DNA of 62,862 bases, the filler included, from Welwitschia mirabilis (Eukaryota): assembly GCA_051453625.1 (NCBI GenBank). It is 5 parts of one record of this genome, joined end to end, with 100 filler letters (N's around TTAATTAATTAA, not from the genome) between each part and the next. Parts side by side here need not be neighbours in the genome. Positions count along the whole stretch, not along the records: positions 1 to 18,428 come from JBOZIK010000001.1; 4 more parts are not named here. One strand, given 5' to 3'. The notes under the pieces are model-generated. The model was not told the origin of the DNA. It saw only the letters and a list, made by a program, of their open reading frames with translations, and searched no databases. The translations under genes and the position numbers were made by a program. Shown here in pieces: positions 1 through 13,000 of this stretch (position 1 is the first letter of the stretch; each line of letters opens with the position of its first letter).

Positions 1-1335
1 TCTTATTAATGATTGCTTTTATGATGACCAACTATTTATTGTTAAACAACTCTATGTCATCTTGTTTACTTATCCTACTCCTTGGTATGCTGATATCATA
101 AACTACCTTATTACCATGAAAATACCTTAGCATTGGAATCATAACCAATGAAAATCTTTTTTCCATAGGATCAGTGATTATGAGTGAAGTAAACCCCACC
201 TTTGCTATAGATGCAAAGATCAAATCATGCATAAATGTATGCTTGAATTGAAAAAACTAGACATCTTTAACCTTTATCATGATGGAGTATGTGGGGGATA
301 CTTTAGTGGCCAAAAAACTACAATGAAAATTATTCACTCTAGTTTCTATTTGCCTATCCTTTTTAAGGATTTTTTAACTTTTTTAGAAGGTATAATGCTT
401 GTTCATGTTATGGGAAATTAACTTACTCTTAAGATATGCCCTTTAAACCTATGCTTGAATGTGTACCTTTTGATTATTAGGGATTAACTTTATAGGCCCT
501 ATTAACCCACTTTTTTATTATCAAAACTACATCTTTATAGTTGTTAATTATGTTATTAAGTGTGTGGAAGCTATTTCTACTACTAAAAATGTTTTTTAAA
601 CTAGTTGTAAGTTCATTAAAACTCATATCTTTCAGCATTTTGGTTTTTCTAGAATCATTATTAATGAGAAATAAACTCATTTTATTAATTACCTCTTTCA
701 AAAAATTCTTTTATTCACTAGAATTGAACATTGAATTGTATGTACTTATCATTTACAAACCAATGACCAAGTTGAAAATGCTAATAAGCAAATTAAAACA
801 ATTCTCTAGAAACTAATCTCTATCTATAAGAAAACTTAGGCTTCTAAAATTAACCATTTTCTTTAGGCTTATCATACTACTTAGCAAAACTCTCTTAGTT
901 TTTCACCTTATGGACTTATGTATAGAAAGGTTTGTATCTTGCTAGTTGATGTTTACTATAACTCCTATTAATTAACCCATTAACTTAACCTTATGAACAT
1001 AGATGAAAATATTAAAATTTGATTAGCCAAATTTAATCATTTAGAATAAAAATATACCCATCCTATACATTATTAGTTCATTCACAAATCCCAAGCTAAG
1101 TTTAATCATGTTAAAAGAATAATCCATGAGTAATTTGAATCATGTCAACTATTCCTTTTATATAATACCTGAGTGCACCTATTACATAACAAGTTAACCT
1201 ATAACTATTTAGATCCTTATATTATAGAAAAAGTACATCTTAATGGCCTAGTTAAAATATACAATTCAAATACTAAGGAAAATTAGAAAGTTAACAAACA
1301 AAGGTTGAAAATATATGAATCATATACCAATTAAA
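1..1335 (+). mobile_element. Degenerate Ty3/gypsy (Athila-like) integrase region, 3' part of pol
   Basis: Read by eye across stops and frameshifts: PWYADIINYLIT (~80), HDGVCGGYFSGQKTTMKI (zinc-binding region, ORF 227..421), GINFIGP (~481), YHLQTNDQVENANKQIK (~748), FSPYGLMY (~900) and terminal KVNKQRLKIY (~1288). Confidence 0.9.
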
Positions 1336-1804
1336 CCTTTAAAATCATAGAAGTACTTGTCTTAGAAGCCCCTCTTAATGAGGAGAACTTTTCTTTTTCC
1401 ATTATCTAAATTCTTTCTTAGTTGATTCTTTGTATAGATGTCATGCTTTCACTTAAACATTTTTAACTTGACTTATATATTACTCTATGAAGTTACCATG
1501 ATTAGTAATCTTTTGCTTAGGTAGTCTAAAGTGATAAGATTGGATTCATTTAATCTTAACACATTCATCCACCTATGAACTTTATTTTAAAGAAAGATGT
1601 CATAATTCTTCTATTCTTTTTTAATGGTATGGGTTTGTAGTTGTTTAGATGCATTCTTACTTGTTTCTCATCTCATTTATTTACCCTTATCCTTATGAGT
1701 ACTTGCTTATGTGGGTTCTTTTTACTTGAAGGAAGAAAAACAAAAGAGAGAGAGAGAAAGATAAGGAAAATAGAAAAAAAAATTATCTTTTATTTAAAAT
1801 AAAC

Positions 1805-1960
1805 CATGATAACCCATTGCAAGTGCATTGGAGTAAATGTTTTTGATAGAGGCCTTTGACAGTGTAATATGATGGCTAAGGGAACTCTACTAGGAAGTTA
1901 GTTAATCATGCTTTATAAGTTATTACTCCTTTGAGAGTGGTTATAATCTCCTTATCATAG
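1805..1960 (+). repeat. Conserved ~160 bp block of the gypsy post-integrase region, copy 1
   Basis: gaggcctttgacagtgtaatatgatggctaagggaactctactaggaagttagttaatcatgc aligns with the copies at 11045-11210(-), 23520-23665(+), 31687-31850(-), 43770-43930(+) and 55330-55492(-). Confidence 0.85.
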
Positions 1961-3832
1961 AAATAATTATCAATTAAAGGCTATGAGATTAGTGATGTCC
2001 TTGGTGTTATCAAAGGTATTACTTGTTTTTTAGACTTATTTTTCATACAGTACTTCCACCCGACCATTTCAATTTTTTGAATTCTAATGTAATGTTTTGT
2101 GTATAACAAGGTAAGTTCACTTCTCAGTAGCTTTTGATATTATCATTCATTGATTATGAACATTTAGATTTTCCTAGCATTGCATCTAATCTAAGGTGAA
2201 TATTTATAGATGTAAGATTCTATGACTTAAATTCTTCTAAGTTTTATAAGACATATAGTATTTTTATAATTCTAATGTTGGTATATCTTGAATAGAAAAA
2301 TAAAAACTAATTTTTAAGAGAAAATAAATCTTGATAAGCTAAGAAACACTAATTTCTATACCTATTAATGGCATTAAAAACTTGATATGTCTTTAATTTT
2401 ACTACAATTCATAATATTTAAAGGTTATATCCTAGTGATTAAGGTATTGATAGAAATTTAAATTGAATAGAGATAGGATATTCTATTATAGTATAGTTAA
2501 CAATAATTATCATTCTCTCTTAGTAACTATAAAAAATCTTGTATATCTCATAAAGTTTACATTATGGAAAACACTATGTTATCAAAAAGTGCTTCAAAAA
2601 GGAATTAAGGGAATTAATATTATAAAGATGTTCTTGTTCAAATAATCAAGAATAATTATTCATAAAATAATATCCAAGAAAATTTAAGCTAAATTAAAAA
2701 TATTGAAGTACAAAGTAGATTCATATATAGAAAGTAAATTCTTCATTATAGATTTCAAACATCATAAAAGTACTAGGTTTATAAATGCTACTTCTTATAA
2801 TAAAAAATTATAATATCACGAAAGATGCCATAAAGGCTAATACATAAATCATCTAAACTCAAATAGTACATTGAAGAATTAAATGTAAATGAGAAATACA
2901 AAATAACATTGTAAATATATTTATTTCATAATTAATAATCATAATTATATTATTAATAAAAGGAAATATAATTTTAATCATAGATTAAAGTGCTTTTACA
3001 AATAATACAAACACTATAGTACCTAGGATTAATAAGGTAGATGCCTCATTAATCAATCATTCCTTTATAGGTAGTAAGGAAGAAAAGAAGCTTTGAACCT
3101 TGATTAGAAAATCACTTAATATAATCATAAGAAATCTTTTTCGCACTTAAATGTTTACATATTTAACCTCATAAACTTTAGAAAATAAAATATTTAAAGA
3201 TATAAATACCATATTTATTATTATAATATTATTATCATATTTGATCTTTAATTTTAAAAAAAATATTATTAAAAATAATTAATTCATGGTATTTTATTTA
3301 TAGGTCATCCTAAGATACTTGACTCTCATGAATGCTAAATAGTCAGCATTGCTACCTACTCCCACATCACTAGGATTCTTAGGAGGATTAGGCTCTAGAA
3401 TGAATGGATTATAAAATAGTAGATAAATTATAAGTTTAATCTTACATTATAGAGATAAAGTGATTATATTACTTAAATCCATAAATTAAATCTCAAGAAG
3501 TCTTAAGAATTACATACTTAAATCATATAGTCTTGAGAAGATTTATTAGTTCTATTATTACTAAAGATATACCAATGTAATTTATAATCCTAAGGAAGGA
3601 TATACAAGTAAGGCCTATCTAAAGGATAAATCATATTATGTTGAGGTTAATTGTTAATCATCATGTAATATTTTTGTTCATCATTTCATGGAAACTTTAC
3701 ATTCTCAATTCATATTTCTTATGGTTACGATAAGGACTCATCTTATTATAAGGTTGTAAGCCTCTGCTCTTCCTCCTTAGTTTTGAGAGAATAATTGATT
3801 TATGAGGTAATTTCTTTAATTAGTTAAAGTAT

Positions 3833-4455
3833 TTTTTTAATTTTATCTAAGGAGAAAAGGTAATAAATATTTCATTAAAATAATAAAGATGTATATAAGA
3901 GGATATAGAGAAAGACAAGGAGAAACTTGTAAGGACCTCACCTTAGCAATCTGATTCTTTCACATAAAATAAACACCAAAAACAAAGGTAACACTAAATA
4001 AGAACCAATCAAATAAAACTACAAAAAAACAAAAATCAAAATAATATAGAATAAGAGTCAGCAATTTTAAGATATAAGTGTCATTCAATCCTATATCAAA
4101 GGATTTAAATGTTAACCCTATAGAAGAAATTTCTAGTTTTATACCTTCAATTAAAGTTGAGCTAAAGATAGAGATTTGAAAATAATATTTCCTAAATGAA
4201 TTTTTGCATTGACATCTTGAAATATCTTAAAGCATCTCATCTTTAAAAATTAATATAATTATTAAATTACAAAAATATATTGGTATTTTTCTACTTTAGT
4301 TGTTAATAACCCTAGATCACTTAAAACATTAAGTAAGATATCTAAATTTGAACTACAAATAATGTAGATAAATTTTAAGTGTAAACACATTCAAAAATAA
4401 AATGTTGAAAAAAATTAGCATATCCTCATAATGCATACGTAACCTTCTCATTGCA
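3833..4455 (-). mobile_element. Possible 3' end of a LINE (C-terminal zinc knuckle plus A-rich tail), highly decayed
   Basis: The minus strand near 4380-4440 reads ..AL*GYANFFQHFIFECVY, resembling the LINE C-x2-C...H-x3-C region. The minus-strand end has an aatgaaatatttatt...aaaaaaa tail near 3833-3880. Confidence 0.3.
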
Positions 4456-5485
4456 AAAGTGTTGTAGACTTTGATGAGCAATAAACTTAGAGGGGAGGGC
4501 TAAATGAGTTCTACCAAAGAAAAATTCCAACTAAAATTAAATAACAACGTGTAATAGATACTTTGTCAAGTTAACATAGTTTTCTAATATAAATACATCC
4601 ACACATAGAGGGTAGCTTTCCTTCAAATCTCTAAATATCATTAACATATAAAATAGTGATTTTGAAGCACACCAATCTTACATACAAATGAGATGCTTCT
4701 TGTAAGATAATGCTTTCTTCTTCTTAGGGATTATGATAAACTAAAGCACTTAAGAAAGCACGCACATATAAAGATTTTCTTATACTTTTAAATCCATAAG
4801 AAAGGTATTTTAAAGATAATAATAATTTATGAATTAGTAAGAATAACTTCAATAATTTAATAGTCCTACAAGGAAATGCCAATAAGTAATACTAATAAAG
4901 GAACAACAAGCCTAAAAGATTTCAATTTAATGAAATGCTTAAGTGATCTTTATTATAGTCATCCATAAACATCTAAAATCATAGTTATGTAGCTATGCGA
5001 GAGCCAATGATTAAGTAATGTCTTTAATAAATGGTTCACTTCATTAAGGACATAGAAATCTCCATGTATAGTATCAATCATAAAAATGAGTAACCTTTTT
5101 CTTTTCACATTTTTTTCCTTTTATGCTTGAGATGTGTTCTTTTCCTTTATCCTAGTGAGATAGCTATTTGAAAATATTTAAATACCATACAATGGCTATA
5201 AATAGCTAATTTTTTATTGTTTAAAATCTAATTTATTTTTTATTTATCTTTTAGAATAGACATCTATGATGTAGTAGATCTCTTTATCAGTCAAACATCT
5301 TCATCCTGAAAGACACCTTTGGTAAAACTTCCCAAAATTTTAAAAAACCTTAAACTACTGTATCTCTAATCCTTATGTATTATGAATTCATAATGTAAAG
5401 TATATAGGGGGTGAACTTTGTGTTCTTAGGGAAGAGTTCAAAAAAAAAAACTTTTTAGATCCTTGAATCTCTTAGGAGTGAGTTT

Positions 5486-5545
5486 TACCTACTATTAGAT
5501 TTGAACCAATGACTCTTATCATATGAAAGCAATACTCTAACCGCT
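5486..5545 (-). pseudogene. trnM-CAU: Plastid trnM-CAU fragment (NUPT), 5'-truncated
   Basis: tacctactattagatttgaaccaatgactc..tatgaaagcaatactctaaccgct is the reverse complement of plastid elongator tRNA-Met. The T-arm GGTTCAAATC is present and the CAT anticodon lies at 5523-5525. The 5' acceptor strand is missing and the anticodon stem is mutated. Confidence 0.9.
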
Positions 5546-5807
5546 TTTTGCTTCAAGTTTTCAAGGATCGCATTCCAAACAGTTTCGAGCTGCTAAACAA
5601 TAGAAACAGAGGGCTTTGATCTCTGCTAAAGGAGATAGAATAAAAAGGAAAAGAGCTTTTCATCACTTGTGGATTGCTCATATTAATGTAGTAGTCCATT
5701 TTTATGGGGTATCTTATAGCAAATTTGTATATTGTATGTACAAAAATCAGTTGCCTCTAAATCATAAAACACTTGCCCAAATGGCTACATTACATAATCC
5801 TTGTTTT
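5544..5807 (+). pseudogene. rpl20: Plastid ribosomal protein L20 fragment (NUPT)
   Basis: One frame reads [47 protein letters not shown]...GVSYSKF...[16 protein letters not shown], matching the plastid L20 consensus (LFASSFRGAHS...KRDFRRLWITRINA...LNRKILAQIA). The N-terminus is absent, there is a stop at 5601, and it runs into a gap. Confidence 0.92.
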
Positions 5808-5907
5808 NNNNNNNNNNNNNNNNNNNNNNNNNNNNNNNNNNNNNNNNNNNNNNNNNNNNNNNNNNNNNNNNNNNNNNNNNNNNNNNNNNNNNNNNNNNNN
5901 NNNNNNN

Positions 5908-5980
5908 AAAAAAAAACTTTTTAGATCCTTGAATCTCTTAGGAGTGAGTTTTACCTACTATTTGATTTGAACCAATGACT
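5908..5980. repeat. Second copy of 5441-5513, including the 3' end of trnM
   Basis: aaaaaaaaacttttagatccttgaatctcttaggagtgagttttacctacta..gatttgaaccaatgact recurs after the gap, then diverges. Confidence 0.8.
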
Positions 5981-6417
5981 TTCCTAGAACATAGAAAATT
6001 CATTATGGAATAATTGATCTCTATTACCTCTTTTAGTTTAGCACAAATATCTTTAATTTAGTAGAGATCTCTGAATAGTTAAAGTAGTATAGATGTCTTT
6101 CATCTATCTTAGCTCCTTCATTTAATATAGATGTATTTATCATAATAGACATCTTTTACTTATGACAATTTTAGATTTAACCTAGATAACTTCAAGAGAG
6201 CAAATGTCTTTACTATAGATGTATGATATGTAGTTATCTTCAGTTAATTTTATCTATCCTTTTAAACTTTTAGCTGAAGAATTTATGCACTTTGAGCTTT
6301 TAGGTTTGACTAGCTTGATCCTTATTTAAAACTTACGTGTTCTCTAATTATCCTATCTACACATTAAACATATCACATTTAACAAGTGAAATCATCAAAA
6401 CTAGGATTTTACTAATA

Positions 6418-8150
6418 AGATCCTTCTTTTTTATGATGTCAAAAACTTGGCAAATTTCATTAGTGCAATCATGTTTAAATTTTACTTAAAATAACTTAGT
6501 TTAAGAGGATATACAATGTACTAAATAAGGCATACTAAAAATTTTAGAAAGTAAAAATCATTTAAAAAACATATTAATAATCATTATAACATAGCAAAGA
6601 AGAAGTAGTACTAATATATTAAATTATTAGATACATGTAAAAGCATAAGTTAGACTAAATAAAAAAGAGTTAAAAAACTAATCAATACCAATAAAAAATC
6701 ATTAAAAAATCATGGAATGTATGCCAACACATAATAGTAAGCATCAATAACGATGTCACACATAATAATCCAACCACTCATCTTAAGTTCACATCCTCCA
6801 AACTCATACAGGATGTCTAACATAATCCAATGAGATTTACCCATCTTCTCCCTATTCTTGAATAACATAAAAAGAACTAGTTACTAAGGGCTAAATTACT
6901 AATATATTGATTTCCATCCTCTGCATCATTACTATCATCATCACTATTTCTAGTCATAGAGGTCTAGAAAATATATGAAAAATATGTTGTAGTTGGAGGT
7001 ATATGTTATTTCTATTGTAGCCACATGATGTTTTATCATGATCCTAAGAGGCATATCTCCTCATATGCAAGTATGTCTAGAGGGTAATGGATGTGATAAT
7101 GAGACTAGTAGTGGCAGTTTTAATGAAACTAAATAGTAAGGATGAAGTGGTTCTAAGATGTCATACATGAATAGAAAACATGGTAATGGTGATAAAAGAT
7201 AAGGTGGTAAAGGTACACAAGGTAATGAAAGTGCATGAGGTGATGAGGATGGCTATGTGGGATAGTGAATGAATATATTATAATAAGTCCTGCAAAAGAT
7301 AAGAGGATCATCATAGGATCTCATTAAATCTATCTAGTACTACCCCCAATCCTATGCTAGAGCCTGTGATGAAGCCTAATGCTTCTCCTAAAAGTGTGAC
7401 TCCTCTTTTATGAACTTTGAAATATCTAAATCCTTTGCTCTACCTAAGTCAAAACCTATATAGGACATGTGAGTGATGCCTTTCCCTTAAAATCCTTCTT
7501 TGAATCAAATCAAGTAAAATTCCCCATGTATTTTCAACTATGCGTAGGTACCTCTCCCTCACTGGTTGCATACCTATGCTTCTTAAATCTTAAAAGATTT
7601 ATGTCAATCGTCCCCATCATTTTTGCAATTCCCTTGATACCCTGTTTTACTAATGAGGAATTATGAATGGGTATTGAATGAGATCTCTAAAATTATGCCT
7701 TAAAAGATCTCTTACTTATGCCTTTACCTACTTGCACTAAAGCATGTCACTTTTCACTAAACTCTAAAATTAGCTTTTTGGGTTAAATAGATTAACCTCC
7801 GAAATTAATATATTGGCATTAAGAATTATCAAGATAATCAAAGAATGATAACCCAAAGTACGACCCTTATAAGGGGTTATAGTAGGTATAGCTACCTCTA
7901 AAAACTAGAATATTATAGAATGTAGTGAAACTTAAAATTAATGCATCATGTATCAGGTCTTTTAATTTTACATTCTCATAAAAATTCATCTTTGAATGCC
8001 AAAAATAATATTACTTAATAAATTTCATGAAATCTTGACAAAATAATATGTAAAGATATCCTTGAAGGAATGCATATACAACTGAGAAAGCTCTAAATCA
8101 TTTATTCCAAGTAGGAAATTAACAAAACTAGATGTAAAAAAGAGAGAAAT
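6418..8150 (-). mobile_element. Possible internal 3' region with a decayed extra (env-like) ORF of the Sirevirus-like element
   Basis: Adjacent to the putative PPT. The minus strand shows MNFYENVK (~7965-7992), similar to the 'EFYANL' motif of plant retroelement extra ORFs, and a Pro/Ser/His-rich tract at ~7000-7270. Confidence 0.25.
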
Positions 8151-8769
8151 ACCTCTAACTTATGTCTAAAATGTGCTAATGATGTCATTCATTTCATAGA
8201 TGTTACCATAAGACTCATTAATATCTAGGTTTAAAATGTTGTATTCTAATTAAACTATAACATCCCAACCAAAATAAGAGAAGTAAGAAAGGATTTGATC
8301 TTTACTATGATTTTTAAAAAAAAGGGTCTACTTTGCAAAAATAGAGTTTTAATCCATGTTTTAAACCATTTGGTACTAATTCATGATGAAATTATGGTTT
8401 ATAATTAGGTCTCTATGTGTTCATAATAGGTTTCTTTCCTTTTAAAGTACTAGAGGGATTTTTTTCTTACTATTAAAAAAGTAAAAGACTAAAAGAACTA
8501 AACTCTAATAAAATATGTAAAGAATAAATGAAAAAAATAACTTTAAAAAAAATAACACATGATTTTCTAGCTGTGTAAACTTCTTTCAATTAAAATACAT
8601 TTGTGCTAAGATATCTAAGAAAAATCAAGCTACAAAGCACTCTAATGGGGACATCTACTAAGTGAAGGATTGAAAATAAGGGATGGTGATTTATTTCGTA
8701 TTTAAAAAGGATTAAAACTCCTTATTTTTTATGTGAATTTTAATTTTGGATGTGCTACATGAAAGACAT

Positions 8770-10007
8770 GGTTGTGGTATGTATTCTTACAATCCTTTGT
8801 ATCTTACTAAATCTTGCTAATCAAAATATATATTGAAAAATATAACAATATAATATAGATGGAAGTGATCCAAATGTCATAAAACTGTTGAAGACATGCA
8901 AGAGAAATAGGAGAATTGGTTTTTGAAGAAATACCATATTCGAAACTTAAGAATATTATAGGAAATAAAGATGCAATGTAATGCAAGTGTGACTAAACCT
9001 AAATGAACACCTATCCAAGTACCAAATAAACTTGTCAAGAAGATCAACCTTGTATAACCCACATTAGTCAAGAAGACTATCACTAACAAGGACTAACTTA
9101 AGTTATCAAGTAAGTAAAGTATAGTGCAATGTAAAATTATTCTAAAGTACTTTTATCAACCTTAATAAAGGTTATCCTTAAGACCTATATCATTAATGAA
9201 ATTGTCACCAAATCAATAACAATATAAAATATAAGGGAAATTAATAGAAGAAATGCACAAAAAAATAAATAGAGTTTTATATTAAAAATCAAACCAATGT
9301 CTGGGTTACAAAATAGCTAAGCATTAATGATGGATGCATAACCTTTTACTAAGGAAACATCTTTATGCAACTCATAAGATGGATCTCCTATCCTTTAATC
9401 TCCTATCAAGAGAATATCTGGTGCATCGAAGATGGTTAGAAAGTTAAGGAAGGATTTGTATATATAACATAAAAGGAAAAATCATCATTCAAAATGTGCT
9501 AAGAAATGTGCTTCAATATAAGAAAGAAATAAATAAAATGGATAAAATTTGGTTAGCCATTTCAAGTATTATCCTAATTGTCATGGGGATAACCAAGGGG
9601 ATGATATTACATGCATTATGATTTGTCATCCTTCATGTCATGAAGATGATATGGAGGATGATACCCTTAACAAAGAGGTCTTCATTGGTTATAGCTCTAG
9701 TCAACGTCAACATCCATTTAACATGCACAGGGCTATCATCCTGTTTATCATGGGGATGACAATGAGGACAATAGTCCATCTTATCTTTCCAACTCAATAT
9801 AATTTAGCTCTAGCATTATTAATTTATCTCCAAAGTATTAGGCATCAAAAATTGCCTAAATTACCTCTAAATATGCCAAGAATTGCATATTTCAATGATT
9901 ATCCATCAACTCTTCATAATCCTTAGAATTTCATCTAAACCTATATGACTATCCTACAAAATAACTCATACTAACCCATCAAATATATACAATATGTCAG
10001 AGCATCA
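8770..10007 (-). mobile_element. Gypsy 3' LTR (family A)
   Basis: Aligns along its length with 29298-30633. Ends ..agcatca, followed by tagccctctaatt, the reverse complement of a decayed PPT. Confidence 0.8.
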
Positions 10008-13000
10008 TAGCCCTCTAATTAGCCTTTGTAAGTCCCTGATAAACATAGTTGGACAACTATAATTGTGAGCCAAATTGTCTTTAGAAAAAAATCAATTTTG
10101 AAATTATAAGAGAGGCTTATAAATAATCTCAAGCATATCACATAGAAAAAGTAACATGTAATTTATTATATGTATGGAGTGAAAATTACAAAAATTATAT
10201 CTCATAAAAGATTTAAAATAACTTGAAAAATTCTAAATATGAGTCTTGAAAATGAGTCTTACCCTTTTTCAAGAAAAACTATACATCCTGTATTAGCTAT
10301 TGAAGTAAAGAAATTAGATGAAAATTAGTATGTCCAAATGAGAAGGTGAGTAATGGGTTTCTTTGAATTTTGATAGTTGAGAATTTGAGTACAAAGCTAA
10401 GTGTAGAAATGTCAAATTTTAAAAAATAGAGATGTAGGGAATAGTTTGACAAATATGGAAATGTGCTAATTAGGATGAAGCAGATTCATGAGTGCCTAAC
10501 AAAGGTGCCTTCACAAAAATGATTAAGGAAAAGATTAAAAATAAATATGATAAACATGCAAAGAAATTTATTTAATCAAGAAAATAGCTATTTATTGAAA
10601 ATTAGGCAAGTCAACAATTAAATGTTAAGGTCCTAAAATGATAAGAAAATACAAAAATAACTTTGAAATAACTAACTAAATAATGAAAAAAACAAAAAAC
10701 ATGGACATAGAAAACATAAATAAGATAGCCTACCTATCCTATATTTTAACTTAGCAAACTCCCATAGAATAAATCATAACATCACTTAATTTAAAAATGC
10801 ATAATTAAATATATATAGATATGTAAAATTCTATTTGATAAGCAGTAGNNNNNNNNNNTAAGTGATAAGCTCAAAGAGTTGCTAAAAAATGAAATTACCT
10901 GCTTACATTTCAAAACAAACACCTAAATCCTTAGAAATGAAATGATCATGTGGAAAGACTAAGAGTGTAGGAAAGAAGCAATGCCTTTGATAACACTAAT
11001 AATACCACTAGTTGCATATCCCCAAAGTTTTTATTATTTTATTATTCATGATGAGGGGACTGCAATCATAATCAAAGAAGTTAGAACCCACAAAGCATGA
11101 CCAACTAACCTCCCAGTGGAGTTTTCATAGCTACCATATTACATTGCCAAAGATCCCTCTTAGGAAAATTTTGCCTAGTGTGCTTATAGTAGGACATCAT
11201 AGTTACCATGTTTTTGAGCTACCTCAAATATAAAACATCATGGTCTTCTATTTCTTTATTTCTTTCTTTTCCTCTTAATGCATAACAAATAAATTTCACA
11301 TGATCAAACATTACAAAGGACGAAGGACAAGTAATAAGATAAAAGATAGAAAATAATACCCTTAAACAATCTAAAACTTTTCATCATTAAGAAAAACATC
11401 AGAAATAAACAATATTCCTTCAAAATAAAGTTTATAGATGTTTGAACATTTTACGATTGGGTGAATCTGACCTTACCACTATGAAATGCCGAAGTCAAAG
11501 ACTAGTCATGAAAATAAAATAAATACATAAGTCATGTTTAAAAGATGATCAAGTGATGTCATAATGCACTTTAAAGGAAAAAGCTAAGAGAAAATTTAGA
11601 TAATGGAAGAAAAGAAGTTATTCTCATTAAGGGGAACCTCTAAGGCTAGTAATTTTATCATGTTTATATTAGAGGGTTGCTCATATATTTTTCAACCTTT
11701 GTCCATTAAATTTTTGAATTACTTTAGTGGTTAAGTTAGAAATCTCAATAAAGCCATTAGAATGAACTTTCTTAATAAGGTAAGGACCTAACCATTTTCA
11801 AATTAATTTCTTACTTAAAATCAAAGACAAAATCATAAACATATAAGAGCGATAAGGAAACACCAAAGCAAACTAAAAACAAATTTTATGCAAAACACAA
11901 AATCTATTTAACACTTTTATTAAAAAGAAAAATTTGTTGCTAAGGCTATTCTCTTAGGATATTGTGACTTTCAGAAAAATAAGGACCAAATAAAATATTT
12001 ACCAATTAAAAAAACATAAAAGGTATATAATCATTTTTAAGTAAAATTAATTAAAGGAAGAGAGAGTAAAATATAAAAATTTGATAGCATAAATTTTAGA
12101 ATTCTAATAAGAGATAAAGAAGTGATAACTATTATTGAAAAATATCTCTTATTCAAATGACATAAACCATGAATATCATCAAATAATGCATTTAATGAGG
12201 TACTCAAAGAAAGTATCCAAGAATATTTTGATGTCTTTAGAATGGCTAGTAAAATAAAGAAGCTTTCTATCAGTCAACTTAAGATATGGATTTTTAATAA
12301 GAAAATAAGTCTTTTCTGATTAGCATTTCCACATGATGTTTTATATCCATAAGATTTAGTAGCAATATAAGAGAAAATAAGGATGGTTTTGAGAATTTCA
12401 TGAAGATTTAAGTGGAAGAGATGGAGAAATGTTATCATTATTAATAGCATAAGGTAATGTAGAAGTGGAAGTATAAGTGAAAGTAAGAATGTGATTTGTA
12501 CATGAAGGCATAGGTGGAAAGGATGTAGAAGTATGAGTAGAAGGAATAAGTCTATTCTCTATGAAGTTTGAAAGAATCTCTATAGGTCCTTCATTATGGT
12601 CATACTCTTCATTGTTGTCTTTATCATTATTTTATTAGATTGCTTTTTTACTTTTCTCATCATGTTTTGTGACTATGTCTTCCTTATCTTGTATAGTATA
12701 ACTCTCATTCTCTAAGTTATTAGATTCATAAAAAAGGATCATTAAAAAGATTATAAAAAGAAAAGTTCTCATTGTCTTCATTATCTGATGGAAGATTTTT
12801 TTCACATTTTTGAGTTGAATCTTCTTTCTCTCTATTGAATAATTCTATTAATTATAAACTATATTCCTTATTTTTGGTTATTGAGTTACTATTACTAACT
12901 ATCATCTCAAACTATCATCTAGATGATAAAAGTGGATTACTTACTTTATAATGTAATTTCTTTATTGATTTTGTTTCATTACTTAAGTTCTCTCTTAATC

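Larger units (their letters stand above)
4460..6417 (-). mobile_element. Probable Sirevirus-like (Ty1/copia) LTR remnant carrying the plastid insertion
   Basis: Starts tgttg at 4460. Contains cttagaggggagggctaaat (~4486), resembling the SIRE LTR motif CTAGAGGGGGGGTGAAT. Ends ...aatcatcaaaactagg...actaata, followed by a decayed PPT-side motif tccttcttttttatgatgtcaaaaac (6421-6446; compare CTCCCCCTTTTTGATGATGACAAAAC). Confidence 0.4.

Noticed and set aside
5486..5545. Functional nuclear tRNA-Met gene or retroelement PBS
   Set aside because: The 5' acceptor strand is missing, the anticodon stem is disrupted, the sequence is plastid-type and fused to rpl20, and it is not positioned next to an LTR end.
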